Below, piece after piece: positions 48,333-54,709 of a stretch of DNA of 54,709 bases. The stretch is taken from assembly GCA_030390025.1 (NCBI GenBank), contig CM059426.1, positions 215,636,001 through 215,690,709 on the forward strand. Direction: 5' to 3'. The position numbers and the translations under genes were made by a program. Every line of letters starts with the position of its first letter. Positions within the stretch are counted from its first letter, which is position 1. Source of the stretch: Squalus acanthias (Eukaryota). The notes beneath the pieces were generated by a model that was given only the letters and a program-made list of their open reading frames with translations, was not told the origin of the DNA and did not search any database.

Positions 48333-51300
48333 ATTGGAGGATCAGCCATGATCTCATTAAATGGCGGAGCAGGCTCGAAGGGCCGGATGGCCTACTCCTG
48401 CTCCTATCTTCTATGTATCTATGTATGTATCTATGTACCTCTATCAAATCACCCCTCAACCTCCTTTGCTCTGATAAAAACAAATCCAGCTTCTCCAACC
48501 TGTCCTTGTAGCTAAGATCCCCGATCCCCAGAACCATTCTGGTAAATCTCCTCTGCACCCTCTCAAGGGCCTTCACATCCTTCCTAAAGTGTGGTGACCA
48601 GAACTGGACACAATACTCCAGTTGTGGCGTAACCAGCGCTTTATAAAGGTTCAGCATAACTTCTCTACTTTTGTACTCAATACCTCTATTTATGAAACCC
48701 AAGATCCCATATGCTTTGTTAACCACTCTCTCAATATGTGCTGCCACCTTCAGGGACATTAACTCCCAGGTCCCTCTGTCCCTGCACACTCTTTAAAACT
48801 GTGCCATTAAGTGTATATTGCCTCTCCCTGTTCCTTCTGCCAAAATGCATCACCTCACACTTCTCTGTATTAAATTCCATCTGCCACTTGTCTGCCCATT
48901 CTGCTAGCCTTTCTATGTCCTGTTGCAGTCGATTGGTATCATCAGCACTGTTTGTCCACACCCCCACGTTTGGTGTCATCGCAAATTTAGAAATTCTACT
49001 CTGTATTCCAATATCCAGGTCATTTATATATATATACCAACAAAAGCAGTGGCCCCAGCACTGACCCTTGAGGAACACCACTGTCCTACCATCCTCCAGT
49101 CTGAAAAACAGCCATTTACCACAACTTGCTGTTTTCTGTCCTTAAGCCAATTCCTTATCCAAGCTGCCACTGACCCACCTATTCCATGAGCCTCAATTTT
49201 GTTAACCAGCCTTCTATGTGGTACTTTGTCAAACGCCTTCCAAAATCCATGTAGACAACATCCACTGCATTCCCTTCATCAATCATCTGTTAATTCATCA
49301 AAAAATTCAGTTAGATTAGTCAAACACGATCTGCCTTTTACAAATCAGTGTTGGCTCTCCTTAATTAGCTTAAACCTCTAAAGTGCCCGTTAATTTTTTC
49401 CTTGATTATTGTTTCTAAAACTTTACCCACCACTGATGTTAAACTGACCAGGCTGTAGTTACTAGGATTGCCCTTACACCCTTTCTTGAACAATGGTGTC
49501 ACATTTGCCACTTTCCAATCCTCAGGCACCTCCCCCGCATCTAGGGAAGATTGGAAAATTATGGCAAGCCCTTCCGCTATCTCCTCCCCCACTTCCCTTA
49601 GCAACCTGGGATGCAAGCCATCTGGACCAGGCGACTTGTCCACTCTAAGCATACCCAGCCTTTCTATCAATTTTCACCCCTTCCATTGCTTCTGCCTTTT
49701 CCACTTTGATCGATATTTTGTCAGCATCCACCTCCTTAGTAAATACCGATACAAAGTACTCATTGAGTATTCTAGCCTTGCCCTGTGCCTCGAAGCATAT
49801 ATCACCTTCTTTGTTCCTAATAGGCCCCAATCCCGCCTCTTGCTACCAGCTTACTGTTTACATGCCGGTAGAAGATTTTTGGGTTCCCTTTTATGTTAAC
49901 CGCCATTCTACTCTCATATTCTCTCTTTGCCGATCTTATTTTCATCTTCACATCCCCTCTCAACTGATTGTATTTGGTCTGGTTCTCCCTTGAAGAATTC
50001 ACCTGACATGCATCATACACCCTTTCTTTGTTTCATCATCTTCTCTATCTCCCTCGTCATCTAAGGAGCCCTTGCTTTGGTTCCCTACCCTTCCCTCTTG
50101 TTGGAATGTACCTAGCCTGTACTTCGAACATCTCCTCCTTAAAGATCACCCATTGTTCCGTTACAGTTTTTCCTGTCAGTCTTTGGTTCCATTTTACCCT
50201 GGCTAGATCCTTTCGCATCCCATTGAAGTTAGCCCTATTCCAGTTTAGAAGTTCCACTCTAGATTGTTCCTTGCTCCTCTCCATTGCTAATCTAAATCTT
50301 ATGATACGATGATCACTCGTACCCAAGTGTTCTCCCACAGATACTTGGTCGACCTGGCCCACCTCATTCCCCAGCACCAGATTCAGCAATGCCTCCTTCC
50401 TAGTTGGGCCAAGAGCATATTGGTCAAGGAAATTCTCCTGAACACATTTCAGAAATTCCTCCCCCTCCTTTCCCTTTACCCCAGCATTATCCCAATCGAT
50501 ATTTGGGTAATTAAAGTCCCCAATATCACCACTCTATAGCTCTTGCATATCTCTGCGATTTCCTTGCAGATTTGCTCCTCTACCTCCCCTCTCACTATTT
50601 GGAGGCCTATAGAATACCCCCAATAGCGTGATCATACCCTTTTTGCTCCTCAACTCTAACCAAATGGATTCTGTCCTTGTCCCAAGAACATCCTCCCTTT
50701 CCAACACTACAATGTCTTCCTTAATCAGCACTGCCACCCCACCTCCCTTTTTACCTTCCCTATCTTTTCTGAACACCTTGTACCCTTGAATATTAAGTGC
50801 CCAGTCCTCACTGTTTTTAAGCCACGTTTCCGTTATTGCCACAACATCATATCGCCACACGGCTAATTGTGCTTGTAGCTCACCAACCGTATTCACCACA
50901 CTTTGTGCATTTACGTACATGCATTCTAAACCCATTTTTGAATTTTTCGTAGTCTTTCTTAGTCTGCTCCTATCTAATATGGTACTACTACCGCCTCTAG
51001 TACTATCTTCTCTAGTACTATCCAACACAATCACTCTTTTATGCACCTTATTCCTCTTTTCTACTCCTATATGCTGGTGCCCATCCCCCTGCCAAGCTAG
51101 TTTAAACCCTCCCGAACAGCACTAACAAACCTCCCCGCGAGAATATTAGTCCCGGCTCTGTTGCGGTGTAAACCGTCTGACTTGTACAGGTCCCACCTTC
51201 CCCAGAAACGGTCCCAATGCCTCAGGAATCTAAAGCCCTCCCTCCTGCACCATCTCTCGAGCCACGCATTCATCTGTTCTATCCTCCTATTCCTTTACTC

Positions 51301-52434
51301 ACTAGCACGTGGCACTGGGAGTAATCCGGAGATTACTACCTTTGAGGTCCTGCTTTTTAATCTCTCTCCTATCTCCCTAAACTCTGCCTGCAGGACCTCA
51401 TCCCTCTTTCTGCCTATGTCGTTGGCACCGATATGGACAACGACCTCTGGCTGTTCACCCTCCTCCCTCAGAGTGTCCTGCAGCCGCTCAGTGACATCCT
51501 TGACCCTGGCACCAGGGAGGCAACATACCATCCTGGAGTCACGTCTACGGCCGCATAAACGCCTGTCTGCTCCCCTAACTATCGAATCCCCTACCACTAT
51601 TGCTCTTCCTCTCTTTTTCCTCCCCCCCTGTGCAGCTGAGCCACCCGTGCTGCCGTGGACTTGACTCTGGCTGTACTGGTTGGAGAGCGCGATGCACTCC
51701 AGGGACTCCTGCACTACCTGCCTGGTGGTCCTCTTCTATCTGGCGGTCACCCATTCCCTCTCTGCCTGCATACTCTTAAGCTGCGGGGTGACCACCTCTA
51801 GAAACGTGCTATCCACCTAACTCTCAGCCTCGCGGATGCACCGCAGTGACTCCAGCCGCCGCTCAAGCTCTGAAACTCGGAGCTCGAGTTGCTGTAGCTG
51901 GCGACACTTCCCGCACATGTGGTTGTCCAGGCTACGCGAAGCGTCCAGGACTTCCCACATGGCACAGGATGTGCACTCCACGGGACTCAGCTGCCCTGCC
52001 ATGCCTCTACTTAATAGACGAAGAACTAATCCAGCAGAAATAAACTTAAAACTTAACAAAAAACACTCCCCAATCAGCTCTTTCCCTCTATTTAATAGGC
52101 TATTAACTAACTTAGCAGAAATAAACTTATAAACTAAAAATACTCACCAGCTACTCACCAATCAGCTCCTTCCCTTGTGCCGACGTCACATTTTTTACTC
52201 TGACGTCACTTTTTCCAAAAAAGTCACGTGATGTCTACACACAAGCACATCTTTGACCCTTAACCTTTGTGCCCTGAATACAAAGGTCAGTCCTTGTGGC
52301 AATTACCAATTGATTCTAAAGCTGTTACAAACATCTGGACATTCTCACCATGTGCCCCAACCCCAACACCCAGCCCAACCCCAACGGGAGACGGCACTGT
52401 TCAATGTAACTGAAGGGACAGACGCCCTCAGCAC

Positions 52435-52601
52435 CAATGTTCCCCTTAAGGTGTGCAGCCGCGCAGTAATCTCAAAGGTCCTGCGCAGGCCGCTCACCGG
52501 CTTTTACAATTTACATACCGCGCATGCGCAGATATTTAAAGGGACTGTACATTAAAAGAAACATGTCGCGCAGAACAAAGCGTTGCTTACAGGGAACATT
52601 G
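52435..52601. mobile_element. 167-bp hAT-type MITE
   Basis: TIRs caatgttccccttaag / cttacagggaacattg (14/16 match); 8-bp flanks ctcagcac / ctcaccac (7/8), the TSD length typical of hAT. Confidence 0.85.
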
Positions 52602-53124
52602 CTCACCACCCTGTATTTAGAAGCTAAGAGTCGGATTTTGGATCAGCTTGCTGTGTTGTGCTCACCAACATTTCAAATAGATGAGCAGTGAACGATCAAA
52701 GTCGCGTGTACTGAGGCTCAGTTGCGCATTTCATTCTCCTCGTGGAAATCAAGTCTCAGTATTTGAATGTTTAAATGAATCATTACAAATACAAAGAAGG
52801 CCAGAACGAACTAAGAAATGAATTTAGAATAATTTTCAACACAAACTATTCAAGGAAACAATGAAGACAATTTTTAAAATTTGAATTGCAGTTTACACTT
52901 TGTTTCCGATTTCAAAACTCAAGAGCTTGATTACATTCCTCGAGCAAACACTCGGGTTCCAATGCTAATGTTACAAAATTAGTCTTTCAAAATCAGGAAA
53001 TGGCCATGTCAGAGAATCAGGATCCACAAGTTCACTGCACTAAGATGCCCCACTCCCCACAGCTGCTTTCATGCCCTTGGCCCTCACTCAAGCAGTTAAG
53101 GAGTTCAAGAGGTGCAGAAGTCAG

Positions 53125-53205
53125 AAGGATTTCATTGTCTGTAAAGCGCTTTGGGACATCCTCAGGATTGAAAGGCACTATATAAATGAAAGTTCCTTGT
53201 TTATT
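53125..53205 (+). mobile_element. Old SINE/L2-type 3' tail
   Basis: tgtaaagcgctttgggacatcc...aaaggcactatataaatg resembles the tails at 33170-33230 and 35095-35160. Confidence 0.6.
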
Positions 53206-53454
53206 ATTGTAGGCAAGTCCTGACTGAGCAACTTCTGGTTCCTACAGAACAAACATACCCAGTGAATAAAAGTCATGTCATTAGCAGTTCTATCCGTTGT
53301 TATTTTTTTTTAATGGCAAGATAACCAAAAATAAGACACAGTCCAAACCTGAAAATCTAAGTTCACCATCCGGTTCATCGCTTACATGGTTACTAAGCAC
53401 CTTCTCTTTTCTGCCAATGCTCGAAATTATTGTTCGAGGGATAAAAATAGCGCA

Positions 53455-53612
53455 AGATCAATCTATAACTTACTAAAGATCACTCTATATCGTACTGAAG
53501 ATCTATCCATATCTCACTAAAGATCTATCTATATCTCACTAGAGATGAATAAATATCTTACTGAAGATCTATCTTTAACTCACTAAAGATCTATCTATAT
53601 CTTACTAAAGAC
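53455..53612. repeat. 22-bp AT-rich tandem repeat, ~7 diverged units
   Basis: Unit approximately ctcactaaagatctatctatat. Confidence 0.8.
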
Positions 53613-54244
53613 TTACATCTGCACAGACTTCCTGTCTGCATAACTTGACTTCCTGTTGTCATATTTTTGACACTCTTTTGGTCAACTTTTTCCCATTGTA
53701 AAATCTTATGCCCACATTTAGAACGGGTTTTATCAATTTAAACTTGCCAGCTGATTGCACAATCTGGCCACCAGCTTTCCACAAATCCTTCAACATGTTT
53801 TTCATCTGAAATTTCGAACATCCCAAACAAGGGTTCAAACAGAATTTTAAAAAACACATAATTGACAATAATATGATTAAATTATCCACCGAAATGTCTT
53901 GTGTATTTTAATGCCGTCATTGAAACTTTGCTCAAAGGCTTCACCATCTCCCTGAAGCCCGGACTTGGACTGGGACCTTTGGCCCAGAGCCGTCACCTTG
54001 TGAGCGGAACTTGGACTGCGCAGTTGGAGCAGGTGCAATGTACCCAGTGTCCCAGGACACATCAGTACAGATTCAGCTGCACTTGTGCTAGATTCTTCTT
54101 TAGCTTCTCGCAGTTTTTGCTCAAAAGTTTTTTTTTTTTACAAGTTATTTGAAGAAAATAAATTTCAAAATCTTTATTCTGGCAACATTTCCGTTGAGTT
54201 TTTATTGAAAGCTTCAGTTACCACCTGGGATTTGTTGATCGTAA

Positions 54245-54466
54245 TTAAGAACATAAGAAATAGGAGCAGGAGCAGGCCATTCAGCCCCTTGAGCCCGCTC
54301 CGCCATTCAATGAGATCATAGCTGATCTTCTGCCTCAACTCCATTCACCGGCCCTATCGCCATATCCCTTGATGCCCTTACTAGTCAGAAATCGATCGAC
54401 TTCTGTTTTGAATATACCCAATGACTGAGCCTCCACAGCCCTCTGGGGTTGAGAATTCCAAAGATT
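54245..54466 (-). mobile_element. CR1 3' end
   Basis: taagaacataagaaataggagcagg tail and 3' UTR motif. Confidence 0.85.
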
Positions 54467-54489
54467 AGAACGTTTACATTTTCTTTTAA

Positions 54490-54599
54490 TAGAGACAGAG
54501 GGGGGGGGAGGGGGGGAAGAGCGAGGACAGAGGACAGGGGGGGGGGGGGAGAGAGAGAGGGAGGACAGAAGAAGGGGGGGGACGACAGAGAGGGGGGGG

Positions 54600-54675
<76 letters not shown>

Positions 54676-54709
54676 ACAGAGGATGGGGGGGGAGGAGACG
54701 GGGGCGGAG
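54490..54709. repeat. (GA)n microsatellite with poly-G tracts
   Basis: Directly visible purine-rich tract. Confidence 0.95.

Larger units (their letters stand above)
43586..48434 (+). mobile_element. Full-length, nearly intact CR1 LINE 'E'
   Basis: Tandem 5' repeats, intact ORF1, ORF2 with a single 1-bp insertion, 3' tail ctatgtatctatgtatgtatctatg. Confidence 0.96.
43245..52225 (-). mobile_element. Near full-length CR1 'C' (43245-43585 and 48435-52225), decayed, split by CR1 'E'
   Basis: ORF1 (ATG ~52002; zinc finger, esterase), APE and RT fragments nearly identical to the 27003 copy; 5' UTR motif TGACGTCA at 52201. Confidence 0.92.

Overview
Vertebrate genomic DNA, most likely from a shark or other cartilaginous fish (inferred from HE1-type V-SINE, DeuSINE, CR1 and Penelope repeats). 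Most of the window is retroelement DNA and I could not identify an intact host gene. Main contents: (1) a ~15 kb four-level nest of LINEs (3485-18830) containing a young endogenous retrovirus (10738-18126). The provirus has a tRNA-Ser PBS, gag, class III/ERV4-like pol, an open gamma-type env, a 5' LTR lacking U3 and a 220-bp flanking host duplication. (2) Three essentially full-length CR1 LINEs, one intact except for a 1-bp insertion. All three carry a T_TTA_AAC slippery heptamer at the ORF1 stop, and ORF2 is open in the -1 frame in two of them. (3) RTE, L2, Penelope (with a minimal hammerhead ribozyme motif), SINE and hAT-MITE copies plus several minisatellites. (4) Minus-strand exon-like segments with stop codons, possibly a decayed gene. 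Family labels A/B/C/D/E/O are my own working labels, and repeat boundaries are read by eye (about +/-10 bp unless a junction is quoted).
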